This document shows, in pieces, positions 1 through 10,289 of a DNA stretch of 64,000 nucleotides; position 1 is the stretch's first letter, and each line of letters opens with the position of its first letter. The notes below the pieces were generated by a model. The model saw nothing but the letters and a program-made list of their open reading frames with translations, made no database searches and was not told the origin of the DNA. The stretch lies in sequence record NZ_CP028351.1, one strand, 5' to 3'. Source of the DNA: a plasmid. The translations under genes and the position numbers were made by a program.

Positions 1-166
1 TGGAGGTAAAACGTGCGCCTGTTGCCACCAGCGCGTCGATATCTTTATTAGCCCAGTTCCAGATCTCCACCCCAAATCCCAGCGCATGGATCTTTTCCAC
101 ACGCGCGATAATGGGCAGATCGAGAAACACCATCTCGGCACAGACTGACAGCTGATAACCGGCCAT
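1..166 (-). CDS. Sugar-phosphate isomerase/epimerase (Hyi-like TIM barrel), N-terminal part only; continues beyond the window start
   Basis: Reverse-strand translation from the ATG at 166..164 gives MAGYQLSVCAEMVFLDLPIIARVEKIHALGFGVEIWNWANKD.., which resembles hydroxypyruvate-isomerase/xylose-isomerase-like TIM N-termini. The ATG overlaps the TAA stop of the upstream oxidoreductase (TAATG), so the two are translationally coupled. Confidence 0.5.
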   Translation of the reverse strand, partial: MAGYQLSVCAEMVFLDLPIIARVEKIHALGFGVEIWNWANKDIDALVATGARFTS

Positions 167-1194
167 TAGCGTGCTCCCAGCAGAATGGGTTTACGTTGTC
201 TGACTGATTCAATGCAGGCCAGCGCAATTTCCAGCGCGTTGCGCGCATCGGTGCCGGTCGCACGCGGTTTATCACCGTGCAGAATTGCGCGCGCAAACTC
301 TGTCATTTCAGCAACATATGCCTCACGCAGCAGATCTGTATCCAGCCGGGAGGTGGCGATTGCAATACCGTCGGCGTGATAGCGTACGCAGTTATCCTGA
401 TTGATATTGCCTGTCTGCAGCATGCCTTTGCTGCCAAACACTTCGCCGCGAACGTCATAGCCGTAAACGGCCTGGAAGCTGGCTTCCGCCGTGGCTATCG
501 CTCCGTTATCAAAGCGAATTGTCACCACCGAGGTATCAAGTAACCCTTTATCTTTAAAATCAGGCCGTACCAGCGCATCAGCCAGCGCATAGACTTCGAC
601 AGGTCGCGCCCCCGGATTAAAGTGCAGCAGAGTGTCAAAATCATGGATCAGGGTTTCAAGAAAGATGGTCCATTGCGGGATCGGGGCCGGATCGCGCAGG
701 CCTGGATCGCGGGTCACAGAGCGGCTTAACTGGGTGGTGCCATTGTTGCCCGCCCTGATCGCTTCAATGGCTGCGGCGAAGCCCGTACTGAACCGACGAT
801 TGAACCCGACCTGCAACACGACCCCCGCGTCCACAGCGGCAGCGATAGCCCGATCGGCTTCCTGCAGCGTCACCGCCATCGGTTTTTCGCAGAAAATATG
901 TTTGCCCGCCTGCGTGGCGGCGATCACCAGTTCAGCATGCGTGCGGGCGGGTGTAGCAATAGCAACCGCATCTATTTCACTGTCATTAAGCAACGCCTGG
1001 ATATCGGTATAGGCTTTCTGCACTCCCAGCCGATCCGCCAGTTGCTGCGCTGCGCCAGGCTGCAGATCGGCAACGGCTGTCAGCCGGGCGCCGGGCACCC
1101 GTAGCGCCAGGTTTTCTGCATGAAAACTGCCCATGCGGCCAGCGCCAATCAATCCCACTCGTACCGTTTTAAGACTCATAACTGCTCCTGTCAT
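166..1194 (-). CDS. Gfo/Idh/MocA family NAD(P)-dependent oxidoreductase
   Basis: N-terminal Rossmann motif VGLIGAGRMGSFHAENL and an EKP motif, typical of inositol-2-dehydrogenase-like proteins; 342 aa. Confidence 0.85.
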   Translation of the reverse strand: MTGAVMSLKTVRVGLIGAGRMGSFHAENLALRVPGARLTAVADLQPGAAQQLADRLGVQKAYTDIQALLNDSEIDAVAIATPARTHAELVIAATQAGKHIFCEKPMAVTLQEADRAIAAAVDAGVVLQVGFNRRFSTGFAAAIEAIRAGNNGTTQLSRSVTRDPGLRDPAPIPQWTIFLETLIHDFDTLLHFNPGARPVEVYALADALVRPDFKDKGLLDTSVVTIRFDNGAIATAEASFQAVYGYDVRGEVFGSKGMLQTGNINQDNCVRYHADGIAIATSRLDTDLLREAYVAEMTEFARAILHGDKPRATGTDARNALEIALACIESVRQRKPILLGAR

Positions 1195-1505
1195 TTATTG
1201 TCAGCCCGTCAGAGCTGGGTAGGGTTCGGAGTTCGCCTGCACTTCAGCAGCAAAACGACCGGATTCTGAACGCATCATTGGCTCAGTGTGTTCCGGCAAA
1301 ACGCGCCATCCATTTTGCCGGCCCGTCAGTGCCGGATGTTCCGTTCAGGACTCAGTGACGCCGGACAACATCGGGATATCAAAGCCGGAGGTCGTGCCGT
1401 TCTGTCATGCCGTAAGTCAGATAAACAGCAGTAACTTCAGATTTTGTTTACGCATAACCGCTTAACTTTCAGGTTATTTTTAACCGGTGAGCGTTATCAA
1501 CAGCG

Positions 1506-1523
1506 TTGCAAAGCGGATGCCAG
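1506..1523 (-). promoter_or_regulatory. Candidate sigma-54 (-24/-12) promoter reading toward the oxidoreductase/isomerase pair
   Basis: The minus strand reads CTGGCATCCGCTTTGCAA, i.e. TGGCAT-N5-TTGCA with the consensus GG..GC spacing. It lies about 310 nt upstream of the oxidoreductase start and about 120 nt from the divergent sigma-54 activator gene. Confidence 0.5.
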
Positions 1524-1644
1524 TTTTTAAGCAGGTGTTTCTGTGAACGCGCTCGCAGAAGCCTCTTCATAACTGAAACTAAAATGTACATGTCAACTTA
1601 ACATGTCATTAAAATGGACATTTCATCAACGTCGGGAGAGTGGA

Positions 1645-3606
1645 ATGCAATCGCTGCATGATTTATTGCCAAATAAAGAAGAGAGCGACGCCATATTCAA
1701 CCTGCCGGACAGCAGTGACGCGGCACAGTGGGAAACACAGCTGGTGCGCGGCTGGCAGGCGTTTATCCAGGGTGAAAAGCCACACTGGATCCGCCGCAGT
1801 ATTCTGCAATCCTGGGCACGCTCACGCGAGCATCACATCGATCCGACGCACTTCTGCTACACCCCGGTCGCCCCGTCAGAGCTGGCCGCTATCCTGAGTC
1901 ATCACAGCGAGCTGATCGCCGTGGCTCATAGCGTGATGGAGAATCTGCTGGCCTATAATCCCGATGGACACATTAATCTGACCGATGCTCAGGGCGTTGT
2001 GCTGAGCTTCTGCGGCAGTGACCTGACGCCGGTTGGCAGCGTTCTGCGTGAGGAAATTCTGGGCACGAACTGCACCGCGCGCTGCCTGCGCGAGCAGCGG
2101 CTGGTATACGTGCTGAGTGGGGAAAACTGGAAAATCGCACTGCGTAAACGTAACCGGCAGTGTGCCGCAGCGCCCATCCGGGATGCCAGCGGTCAGATGA
2201 CTGGCGTGCTGACGCTGACCGCCACTCCTGATAACTTCAATGCCCATACGCTGGGAACGGTACAGGCCGCCGCAGAAGCGATCGGCCAGCAGCTGACGCT
2301 GCGCCGCCTGCTGGCCGAGCAGCAGTCGATACTGGAAAACCTGAATGAAGGCGTGGTGGTCTGCGACCGCGAGGGACGCATCAAAACGCTGAATCGCTAT
2401 GCGCGTCAGATCTTTGCCGGTCTTGATGCCGGTAACGCTTCGATTGACCAGCTGCTGCAACCTCAGTCTGGTTCGCTGCTTACCCTGCCCTGCTGCAATG
2501 ACCGTGAGATGGTTTTCCGCCCTGATGGCAGGCACAGCGTCTCCTGTCTGGTCTCGCTGATGCCGGCCCCGGACGGCGGGCGTATCCTCTCGCTTCGGGA
2601 AAACCAGCGCATTCGCGCCATTACGCGACGGGTTCTCGGCGTCAGCGCCAGTTATACCTTTGATATGATACGCGGTCAGGCCCCCACGCTTCAGCAGGCG
2701 CTTCAGGATGCCCGCGCCAGCAGTCGCAGTGACAGTACCGTTCTGCTGACCGGTGAAAGCGGAACCGGCAAAGAACTGTTTGCTCAGGCGATCCACAACG
2801 CCAGTAGCCGGGCAAATGAGTCCTTTGTCGCCGTCAACTGCGGCGCGCTGCCGCGTGATCTGGTACAGAGCGAGCTGTTCGGCTACGTCGATGGTGCCTT
2901 TACCGGTTCACGGCGCGGTGGGTCGGCAGGCAAGTTTGAACTGGCCGACGGGGGCACACTGTTTCTGGACGAGATTGGCGAGATGCCGCTGGAGGCACAG
3001 ACCAGCCTGCTACGCGTGCTGCAGGAGAGTGAAGTACTGCGCATCGGGGCAGCGTATCCGGTAAAAGTGGATGTCCGTATTATCGCGGCGACCCACTGCG
3101 ATCTGCAAAGCGCAGTCGAACAAGGTGCCTTCCGGCGTGACCTGTTCTATCGCCTGAATGTCATTTCGCTGACCATCCCCGCCTTGCGTGAACGGCAAAG
3201 CGATATTCCCGATCTGGTGAATACCTTTATCCGCACGCTGTGTCAGCGGCTGAATAAACTGCCTCCGCAGGTCAGTCCTGAAGCAATGAACGCTCTTGAG
3301 GACTGGCACTGGCCTCGCAACGTGCGTGAGCTGGAAAATCTGGTGGAGCGAATCGTCAATCTTTGCCAGAGCCATATTATCGACCTCGCCGATTTGCCGC
3401 CCGCGATGGTGACCCGCAGTGATGCTGAAAACTCTACGTCTGCCAGCAGTCTGCTGCAGGATAATGAGCGAGCCTGCATCCTGCAGACACTGCGCGATCA
3501 GGGCGGAAATATGCGTCAGTCCGCTAAACTACTGGGTATTTCACGTACGGCGCTTTACAACAAGCTCAATCAATGGAACATCGCCATCGACACGCTGCGT
3601 CAGTAA
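1645..3606 (+). CDS. Sigma-54-dependent transcriptional activator (GAF/PAS sensory N-terminus, AAA+ sigma-54 interaction domain, C-terminal Fis-type HTH); AcoR/DhaR-like
   Basis: Walker A GESGTGKE, the GAFTGS-like motif and ESELFGY are present. The HTH is at the C-terminus ([13 protein letters not shown]). A GGAG RBS lies 4 nt before the ATG at 1645; the ORF track start at 1603 is less likely. Confidence 0.9.
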   Translation: MQSLHDLLPNKEESDAIFNLPDSSDAAQWETQLVRGWQAFIQGEKPHWIRRSILQSWARSREHHIDPTHFCYTPVAPSELAAILSHHSELIAVAHSVMENLLAYNPDGHINLTDAQGVVLSFCGSDLTPVGSVLREEILGTNCTARCLREQRLVYVLSGENWKIALRKRNRQCAAAPIRDASGQMTGVLTLTATPDNFNAHTLGTVQAAAEAIGQQLTLRRLLAEQQSILENLNEGVVVCDREGRIKTLNRYARQIFAGLDAGNASIDQLLQPQSGSLLTLPCCNDREMVFRPDGRHSVSCLVSLMPAPDGGRILSLRENQRIRAITRRVLGVSASYTFDMIRGQAPTLQQALQDARASSRSDSTVLLTGESGTGKELFAQAIHNASSRANESFVAVNCGALPRDLVQSELFGYVDGAFTGSRRGGSAGKFELADGGTLFLDEIGEMPLEAQTSLLRVLQESEVLRIGAAYPVKVDVRIIAATHCDLQSAVEQGAFRRDLFYRLNVISLTIPALRERQSDIPDLVNTFIRTLCQRLNKLPPQVSPEAMNALEDWHWPRNVRELENLVERIVNLCQSHIIDLADLPPAMVTRSDAENSTSASSLLQDNERACILQTLRDQGGNMRQSAKLLGISRTALYNKLNQWNIAIDTLRQ

Positions 3607-3699
3607 ATTAATCTTAAAACGCAGTAACTGGCCTGGCGGCCTGCAAGAATAATTCTTACGCGGCAATTCATAGCTTTTCGCCGCAGCAGGACTTAAAAT

Positions 3700-3723
3700 G
3701 TGACCACCCATAACAGTGGTCAC
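3700..3723. promoter_or_regulatory. Palindromic candidate operator upstream of tetR (GTGACCAC-N8-GTGGTCAC)
   Basis: Perfect 8-bp inverted repeat about 40 bp upstream of the TetR start. It shares half-sites with the palindrome at 4383..4406. Confidence 0.4.
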
Positions 3724-3762
3724 TGAATTTATCACCCACCTTCAATTTGTCAGGCTATCACA

Positions 3763-4377
3763 ATGACCCAATCCGTAACGGACAGTGGAACGCGCGGTCC
3801 TGCCGATCACAATGTGCGTGACCAGATTGTCGAGGCTGCCATGCAGCACTTTGCGCATTACGGCTACGAAAAAACCACCGTCTCCGATCTTGCCCGGGCT
3901 ATTGGTTTTTCCAAAGCCTATATCTACAAGTTTTTTGAATCGAAACAGGCGATTGGCGAAGTCATTTGTTCAAACCGACTGGCGATGATCATGGAGCGTG
4001 CTGAAACCGCGATCGCCGATGCTCCAGGTGCATCAGAACAACTGCGGCGGCTGTTTCAGACGCTTTCCGCCACCAGTACTGAGCTATTTTTTCACGAACG
4101 TAAACTCTATGACATTGCCGCTGTCGCATCGCGCGACCGCTGGCCCTCTGCCATGGCTTACGAAAAGCGGATTCTGAATCTGATTCAGCAGATCCTTCGC
4201 AGGGGTCGTGAAATGGGTGAGTTTGAGCGTAAAACTCCGGCTGACGACGCGGCAGAAGCTATCTATCGGGTAATCAGACCCTATGTCAGCCCTGTGCTAC
4301 TGCAGTACAGCCTCGATGAGGCTGAGGCCGCTTCCACGCAACTGGCCGCACTGGTATTACGCAGTCTTGCCCCCTGA
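3763..4377 (+). CDS. TetR/AcrR family transcriptional regulator
   Basis: N-terminal TetR HTH signature (YGYEKTTVSDLARAIGFSKAYIYKFFESK); 204 aa. Confidence 0.85.
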   Translation: MTQSVTDSGTRGPADHNVRDQIVEAAMQHFAHYGYEKTTVSDLARAIGFSKAYIYKFFESKQAIGEVICSNRLAMIMERAETAIADAPGASEQLRRLFQTLSATSTELFFHERKLYDIAAVASRDRWPSAMAYEKRILNLIQQILRRGREMGEFERKTPADDAAEAIYRVIRPYVSPVLLQYSLDEAEAASTQLAALVLRSLAP

Positions 4378-4382
4378 AAGAA

Positions 4383-4406
4383 GTGACTATTGACTTAATT
4401 AGTCAC
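4383..4406. promoter_or_regulatory. Second palindromic candidate operator (GTGACTA-N10-TAGTCAC) between tetR and the KAS II gene
   Basis: 7-bp inverted repeat immediately after the tetR stop, about 200 bp upstream of the KAS II start. Its half-sites match the operator at 3700..3723. Confidence 0.4.
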
Positions 4407-4605
4407 AAAGGCAAAGATAACGGCCTGTCTGATTATCGCTCAGGATCCTGATGCTGCTAAGCTTATCTCTGTCTGTTCACTTTCATACCAGCATTCGCAT
4501 ATCGCACCCTTCTGCTAAGGGTCTCGCTAATCGCGCTTCAGGCGCGCATCAACTTTCTGCGGCAGTATTTTATTCGCTGTCCGGACTGACTACGGGAGCA
4601 ACCGC

Positions 4606-5886
4606 ATGAGTCATTCAACCTCATCTCAACGCATCGTCATCACCGGCGCGGGTATCGTCTCGCCGCTGGGTTGTGGCGTTGAAACCGTCTGGCAGCGATT
4701 AACGGCGGGTGAATCGGGTATTCGCGTTCTGCCCGATGCGCTCACCGCAGGAACCGGTATTTCAGTGGGGGGCAGCGTGCCTGGCATCGAAGACGATCCG
4801 CTGGCCGGATATGACCCGGAGTCGTTCATTGCGCCAAAAGAGCGAAAAAAGATGTCGCGGTTTATTGAGTTTGCGCTGCTGGCAGCGGAAGAAGCGCTGA
4901 AGCAGGCAGGCTGGCATCCTGAAGATGCGTCTGCGCGTGAACGCACGGCTACGATCATTGCTTCTGGCGTTGGCGGCTTTGGTGCGATTGCCGACGCAGT
5001 GCGTACGACCGACGCGCGTGGTCCGCGCAGGCTCTCACCTTTTACTGCTCCCTCGTTTCTGGCGAACATGGCAGCCGGTCATATCTCAATTAAACACGGT
5101 TTCACCGGCCCGCTCGGCGCGCCTGTTACTGCCTGTGCAGCAGGCGTACAGGCTATTGGTGACGCCGCAAGATTAATCAGAAGTGGTGAAGCGGACATTG
5201 CGATTTGTGGCGGCACCGAAGCGGCGCTGGATCGCGTGACGCTGGGCTGTTTCGCAGCCGCGCGCGCACTATGCGCAGGATATGAAGATGAGCCGCACCA
5301 CGCCTCACGTCCGTTTGATCGGGACAGAAGCGGCTTTGTCATGGCCGAAGGCGCTGGCCTGCTGGTCATTGAGTCGCTGGCCCATGCAGAGGCACGCGGA
5401 GCGACGCCGCTGGCGGAGATTGTCGGCTACGGCACCAGCGCCGATGCTTACCACCTTACGGCGGGTCCGGAGGATGGCAGTGGCGCTGCGCGGGCAATGA
5501 GGTTAGCTCTGCGACAGGCGGGTATCAGCCCGGATGACGTTCAGCATATCAATGCTCATGCAACCTCGACTCAGGTCGGCGATCACGGTGAGCTGTCCGC
5601 TATTCGCGCCGTTTTTGGCGATGATTCGCCGGTCGCGATCTCATCAACCAAATCCGCCACCGGCCATCTGCTGGGTGCGGCGGGTGGCGTTGAGGCGATA
5701 TTCACACTGCTGGCCCTGTGCCATCAGCTTATTCCGCCAACACTGAACCTTTATCATCCCGATGAAGCAGCAGGCAGTCTTGACCTGGTGGCGCTTAAAG
5801 CCCGACCTGCCGCGCTGAACTATGCCATGTCGAACGGATTTGGTTTTGGCGGCGTCAATGCCAGTATTCTGCTACGTAAGTGGTAA
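4606..5886 (+). CDS. Beta-ketoacyl-ACP synthase II (FabF-like condensing enzyme), accessory copy
   Basis: Active-site Cys in TACAAG, the His motifs HATST and KSATGHLLGAAG, and C-terminal GFGFGGVNASIL are all present; 426 aa. A GGGAG RBS precedes the start. Confidence 0.9.
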   Translation: MSHSTSSQRIVITGAGIVSPLGCGVETVWQRLTAGESGIRVLPDALTAGTGISVGGSVPGIEDDPLAGYDPESFIAPKERKKMSRFIEFALLAAEEALKQAGWHPEDASARERTATIIASGVGGFGAIADAVRTTDARGPRRLSPFTAPSFLANMAAGHISIKHGFTGPLGAPVTACAAGVQAIGDAARLIRSGEADIAICGGTEAALDRVTLGCFAAARALCAGYEDEPHHASRPFDRDRSGFVMAEGAGLLVIESLAHAEARGATPLAEIVGYGTSADAYHLTAGPEDGSGAARAMRLALRQAGISPDDVQHINAHATSTQVGDHGELSAIRAVFGDDSPVAISSTKSATGHLLGAAGGVEAIFTLLALCHQLIPPTLNLYHPDEAAGSLDLVALKARPAALNYAMSNGFGFGGVNASILLRKW

Positions 5887-6124
5887 TGACGGCATATTGA
5901 CGACTCAATCGACGCTGCCGGATATACTGGCAGCGTCGCTGATCACATCACCATCCAGCCTATACAGCGCATTCTGTTATTTCCTGTCTGCCACCAGTCT
6001 TCAGCCCTTCAGCATCAGCTTTATAAATCTGTACCTTTCCTGACAAAATTGCCGTCGCCTGGCCGTCTGCCCTTTTCTTTCAGCACTACAATTAATTGAA
6101 TGAAAACAACTTCAGAGAACGTTG

Positions 6125-7012
6125 ATGAAAATTGCAGCTTTCGATATTGGTGGTACCTCTTTAAAAATGGGTGTGATTGACGATCAGGGAAATATTCTGA
6201 CCAGCGATAGTGCTGATATTTCCCATAACGCACGCGATAAAATACTTGATGAAATCCTGGCCTGGCTGGAGAAAAATCCCGGTTGTGCTGGTATTGCCGT
6301 CAGCACACCCGGTTATATTGATGCTGACGCTGGTTATATTGCCATGGGCGGCACCATACGTGACTTTGACCAGTTTCATCTGAGCCAGTGGCTGACAGAA
6401 AAAACGTCCCTGCCTGCTACCGTCGAAAACGATGCACACTGTGCACTGCTGGCTGAAAAGTGGCTGGGAAAAGCGAAAAAGCTCAACGATTTCCTGATGC
6501 TGACGATAGGCACCGGGTTAGGCGGAGCGGCCTTTTGCAATGGCGCACTGATTCGGGGTGGACGCAACCGGGCTGGCGAGTTTGGTTGCCTGCTGACGTC
6601 GCGTCCCACCAGCGGCAATATAGAACGCCACACCATGAGCCAGAGCTGTACCATGACAGCACTGCGGGAGAATTACAGCCAGCTTATTGATAAGCCTGCC
6701 GACGATGTCAGTGGTAAAGATGTCTTTGACGCATACGATCGTAATGAAGACGCCGCGCAGCAGGTGGTAAATAAATTTTATGCGGATCTTGCGGCCTGCT
6801 TATATAACCTGTTCAGCGTGTTCGACCCGCAGAGGGTATTTATTGGCGGGGGAATTACTGAGCGCGAACCCTTCCTCAAGGAATTGGGAGAGCAGCTGGC
6901 AAAATATGATCCTGATATCCGCATAGATGCCGCAACCTACGGTAACGACTCCGGCATGCTGGGCGCAACCTGGAATTACCTGCAGCGCCAGCCTGCGGGC
7001 AATAAGACCTGA
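6125..7012 (+). CDS. ROK family sugar kinase
   Basis: N-terminal AFDIGGTSLK ATP-binding motif and a ROK-like central region (GTGLGGA). The ATG at 6125 is preferred over the TTG at 6122. Confidence 0.75.
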   Translation: MKIAAFDIGGTSLKMGVIDDQGNILTSDSADISHNARDKILDEILAWLEKNPGCAGIAVSTPGYIDADAGYIAMGGTIRDFDQFHLSQWLTEKTSLPATVENDAHCALLAEKWLGKAKKLNDFLMLTIGTGLGGAAFCNGALIRGGRNRAGEFGCLLTSRPTSGNIERHTMSQSCTMTALRENYSQLIDKPADDVSGKDVFDAYDRNEDAAQQVVNKFYADLAACLYNLFSVFDPQRVFIGGGITEREPFLKELGEQLAKYDPDIRIDAATYGNDSGMLGATWNYLQRQPAGNKT

Positions 7013-7066
7013 GAGCTTTACTTTCCCTGAAGTGAAAAATTGCCATCAGGTCTTATCCGCAGAGGC

Positions 7067-8029
7067 TTAATGCTGGATGTTAGCCAGATCGTCTGAGGAA
7101 AGACCTGTCATTTCCATGATGGTTTTACGTTCAAGGCCGCGCTGTAACATAACGCGAGCGATTTCCAGAGTGGCTTCGCGCTTACCTTCACTGCGGCCTT
7201 TCTCCATTCCACGCTGTTCGCCCAGCTCAATACCTTCAGCGCGGCCTTTTTCTATACCTTTTGCGATACCTTTTTGCTCAAGCTGCTGTGCAATAGTCAT
7301 CAGTGCATCTCCGTGTTGCGGCACCCGCTGTGCCAGTTCGCGAACGAAAGCTTCGTGATCAGCTGATTCACCTGCCTGCATTAAATAGTGTATCAGCGCC
7401 AATACCTGGGGTGAAGAAAGATAATCGGCCATCAGTAAGGTACTCAGACGGTCAATGATCGAAGCCATATCACGTTGATGAATATGCTTCTGCATCAGTG
7501 TCAGTGCGGCCATGCTACGGTGCTTCATGATTTCGTCATCAGGAATAACCGTGACGTCCACCAGCGGAAAAGCACTTCCATAGAGTTGTTCTGCCACAGC
7601 CGGATCATCAAATTCGTCGAACCAGCGGGTCGAATAAGGATAGGGCGAGCGCTTACCGGTGTAGAACAATACAGGTATCACCAGAGGCAGCTTTTTATGA
7701 CCCGCTGCAAGATGCTGTTGCATAGCGGCAATCGCATAACGCATCAGACGAAACGCCATATGCCTGTCCGGTGTAGATTGATGTTCAATCAGAACGTGTA
7801 TGTAGCCGTCCCCGGCTGAGGTTTTAAGACTGTACAGAACATCACTAAAATATTGCCGCAAATCGTCTTCGACAAAGGAGCCGGATTCAAGCTTAAGTGT
7901 GCCGAGATCGCAGATTTTACGCAGTTCTTCAGGAAGATGCAGCTGCATAAAATCTCTGGCAACATCCGGATTTGCCAGAAACTGTCGGAATGTCGCGTCA
8001 TGGGGAACAGGGCTTTTTTTCTTTCTCAT
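7067..8029 (-). CDS. Rpn family recombination-promoting nuclease / putative transposase (YhgA-like, PD-(D/E)XK)
   Basis: N-terminus PHDATFRQFL..ARDF is characteristic of Rpn/transposase_31 proteins. The C-terminus is a Lys/Glu-rich repeated tail. Start assigned to MRKKK. Confidence 0.75.
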   Translation of the reverse strand: MRKKKSPVPHDATFRQFLANPDVARDFMQLHLPEELRKICDLGTLKLESGSFVEDDLRQYFSDVLYSLKTSAGDGYIHVLIEHQSTPDRHMAFRLMRYAIAAMQQHLAAGHKKLPLVIPVLFYTGKRSPYPYSTRWFDEFDDPAVAEQLYGSAFPLVDVTVIPDDEIMKHRSMAALTLMQKHIHQRDMASIIDRLSTLLMADYLSSPQVLALIHYLMQAGESADHEAFVRELAQRVPQHGDALMTIAQQLEQKGIAKGIEKGRAEGIELGEQRGMEKGRSEGKREATLEIARVMLQRGLERKTIMEMTGLSSDDLANIQH

Positions 8030-8544
8030 CGGTTTACTTTCTATAAGGTTCACATACTGACAGCTCAAGGAAAAGTGGTTTATCCAGGCCGGACGGCAAT
8101 ATTATCGTTGTGTTATCTGTGAATTAAAATGGCCTACGCCCATGATGAATTAACTGAAATTCTTAAAAGTAAAACCAATGCATTAAAAATAAGCCACCCC
8201 TTAATATAAAAAATAAATATCGTTACAAATCAGCAGGATGAGCACTGATGAACTGAAAAAAACCATGATTCCCCACATCCACCAACAAGATTAAAACCGG
8301 AATAAATAAGAGATAATGAATTATAAAAAAACGATCATTGCCTGAATCACCTGTTTTTTTCAGCATGATTTACCAATGATAAAACGGCTCAGTTTAAATT
8401 TATAAACCACGCCTGTTAATTAGCAGCATTACATTCACTAGCAAGGTATTTCTATTTCCTGCCAGCCGCTATATCAGCATTGATTTATTCGGTAACAGAA
8501 TGACTTAATAACTGTAAGCGCTGCAGTGAATATTATTCATGTCC

Positions 8545-8667
8545 TTATCCCCGTATCGGCGCATCAAACAGACTCAGCGCCACGATGAGAAGGGCATAAA
8601 CCAGCAGATAGAACAGAATCAGCGCAGCCAGCAACCGTCGATGGCTACGCATCTCACTTTTCTTCAT
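8545..8667 (-). CDS. Small hydrophobic ORF (40 aa, one predicted TM helix) immediately downstream of mipA
   Basis: ATG lies 8 nt after the mipA TGA stop. Translation is MKKSEMRSHRRLLAALILFYLLVYALLIVALSLFDAPIRG. It is below the ORF-track length cutoff and its reality is uncertain. Confidence 0.25.
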   Translation of the reverse strand: MKKSEMRSHRRLLAALILFYLLVYALLIVALSLFDAPIRG

Positions 8668-8675
8668 GGTGCCAT

Positions 8676-9467
8676 TCAGAAGGTGTAGCTCAATGCCAGC
8701 GTGGCCGAGGCACCATTGTGCCGGGCGACGATGGGGCTATCTGAAGCATGTTTATCCAGCCAGGTGTAATCGCCGATCACGCTGGCAGCCCAGGCGGGCG
8801 TGAACTGGTGACTCCATGTCAGGCTGGTGTCTGTGCCATAAAATCCACCCGCGGCGTTATAGCGTTTAAACCCGCTACGAGCACTCTGCTCGCTGCTCAC
8901 GCCATACCAGGTGTTCATATAACGCGCATCGCCAGACAGACCTGCCACCTGCAGTACCACCGTATCGTCCTGGGTCTGCCAGGGGATCAGGGTTACAGAC
9001 GTCCGGTACTGCACGCCCTGACTGTCACTTAATGGCAGCGTCGCTTTCCCCTCAACCACAAACCACGGGGTAACCGACCAGCCCACCGCCAGCGCGGTGT
9101 TAACCGTTGCGTCGATATTCCCCATGCCTCTGAGCCGGTCATCACCGTCGCGCCACGATGAGTTACGGTCAGAGCGGCCCAGCCCATAGCCCAGCGTATG
9201 TTCCAGATACAGCCCGTTATCCGCCTGCAGGTCATAACCAATGCCTTTTTGCGAGTCGAAAAAGAATGCTCCGTCGCGCGCCTGAATAACCGGCATCAGC
9301 TGCCAGTGCTGCTTATCTGCGCCGCTGTAGCGTGGGGCATTAATGCCCGCAATGCCCAGCGTCAGGCTGGGCGGTGGCGTGGCACTCTCATCAGCCATAG
9401 CAGTAGCGGCACTCAACCCCAGCGAAAAACAGACCATGTGAAGCGTTATTTTTCCGGTTATCATCAC
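8676..9467 (-). CDS. mipA: MipA/OmpV family outer-membrane scaffolding protein
   Basis: Signal peptide, beta-rich sequence and C-terminal aromatic residue (..LALSYTF); clear MipA/OmpV family resemblance. Confidence 0.8.
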   Translation of the reverse strand: MMITGKITLHMVCFSLGLSAATAMADESATPPPSLTLGIAGINAPRYSGADKQHWQLMPVIQARDGAFFFDSQKGIGYDLQADNGLYLEHTLGYGLGRSDRNSSWRDGDDRLRGMGNIDATVNTALAVGWSVTPWFVVEGKATLPLSDSQGVQYRTSVTLIPWQTQDDTVVLQVAGLSGDARYMNTWYGVSSEQSARSGFKRYNAAGGFYGTDTSLTWSHQFTPAWAASVIGDYTWLDKHASDSPIVARHNGASATLALSYTF

Positions 9468-9593
9468 GTTTCCTCATTATCACATCAGGTGCGGAGCTGA
9501 GGGATTCAGTGCCGCGTCACTGTCCGGAGTATGCGAGGCGAGTGTCAATGAACGACCAGGGATTTATGAAGAAACAGTCAAGGTGATCCGAAA

Positions 9594-10289
9594 ATGCAGT
9601 CAAAACGTGTACTGATTATTGAAGATGACGCAGATGCGGCGGGTGTACTTGAGGCCTACCTGAAACGTGAAAACTATGAGGTCATGATTGCCGGTGACGG
9701 ACCCGGCGGGCTGGAAACCGCAGGACGCTGGCAACCCGATCTGATCCTGCTGGATATCATGTTGCCTGGCATGAATGGCACCGAAGTGCTGGCCGCGCTG
9801 CGTCGGCGTGACGATACCCCGGTAATCATGGTGACGGCGATGGGTGACGCGCCGGACCGCATCGGCGCGCTACGTTATGGTGCTGATGACTACGTGGTCA
9901 AACCCTACCATCCGGGCGAAGTCGTGGCGCGCGTTCAGGCCGTGCTGCGCCGCAGCCAGAGTCACGCGCCCGCCGCAGAATCGCTGCGCTGGGCGGGTCT
10001 GGTGGTTGATCCCCTGGCACTTACCGCCGTGGTTGATAGTGACAGTGATGCACCGCGCCGCCTGGATCTGACGCCTACCGAATTTTCTCTGCTGGTCACG
10101 CTGATGCGTGCCCCGACGCGGCCTTTTACCCGCCTGTTTCTGCTGGAGCACTGTCTGCCGGAAAGCGATGCTCTGGAGCGTGTAGTCGATACCCACGTCT
10201 ATAACCTGCGCCGTAAACTGGAGGCTGCAGGCATCTCTGACGTCTTACCGGCAGTACGCAGCGTCGGTTACCGGTTCAGACAGCCATGA
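9594..10289 (+). CDS. OmpR-family response regulator (receiver + winged-helix)
   Basis: Receiver motifs DLILLDIMLPG and the phospho-acceptor Asp context are present, with a C-terminal winged helix (VGYRF). Its stop overlaps the kinase start (ATGA). Confidence 0.9.
   Translation: MQSKRVLIIEDDADAAGVLEAYLKRENYEVMIAGDGPGGLETAGRWQPDLILLDIMLPGMNGTEVLAALRRRDDTPVIMVTAMGDAPDRIGALRYGADDYVVKPYHPGEVVARVQAVLRRSQSHAPAAESLRWAGLVVDPLALTAVVDSDSDAPRRLDLTPTEFSLLVTLMRAPTRPFTRLFLLEHCLPESDALERVVDTHVYNLRRKLEAAGISDVLPAVRSVGYRFRQP

Noticed and set aside
1876-2796. 306-aa minus-strand ORF
   Set aside because: Antisense to the well-supported sigma-54 activator; shadow ORF.
3607-3660. Sigma-54-like TGGC...TGCA element downstream of the activator gene
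   Set aside because: The GG-to-GC spacing is 13 rather than 12 nt and there is no TTGC, so it does not fit the -24/-12 consensus.
5910-5938. Perfect 10-bp inverted repeat CGACGCTGCC-N9-GGCAGCGTCG after the KAS II gene
   Set aside because: It could be a terminator, but there is no T-tract. It is kept only as a note and may be a protein-binding site or an attenuator-like hairpin.
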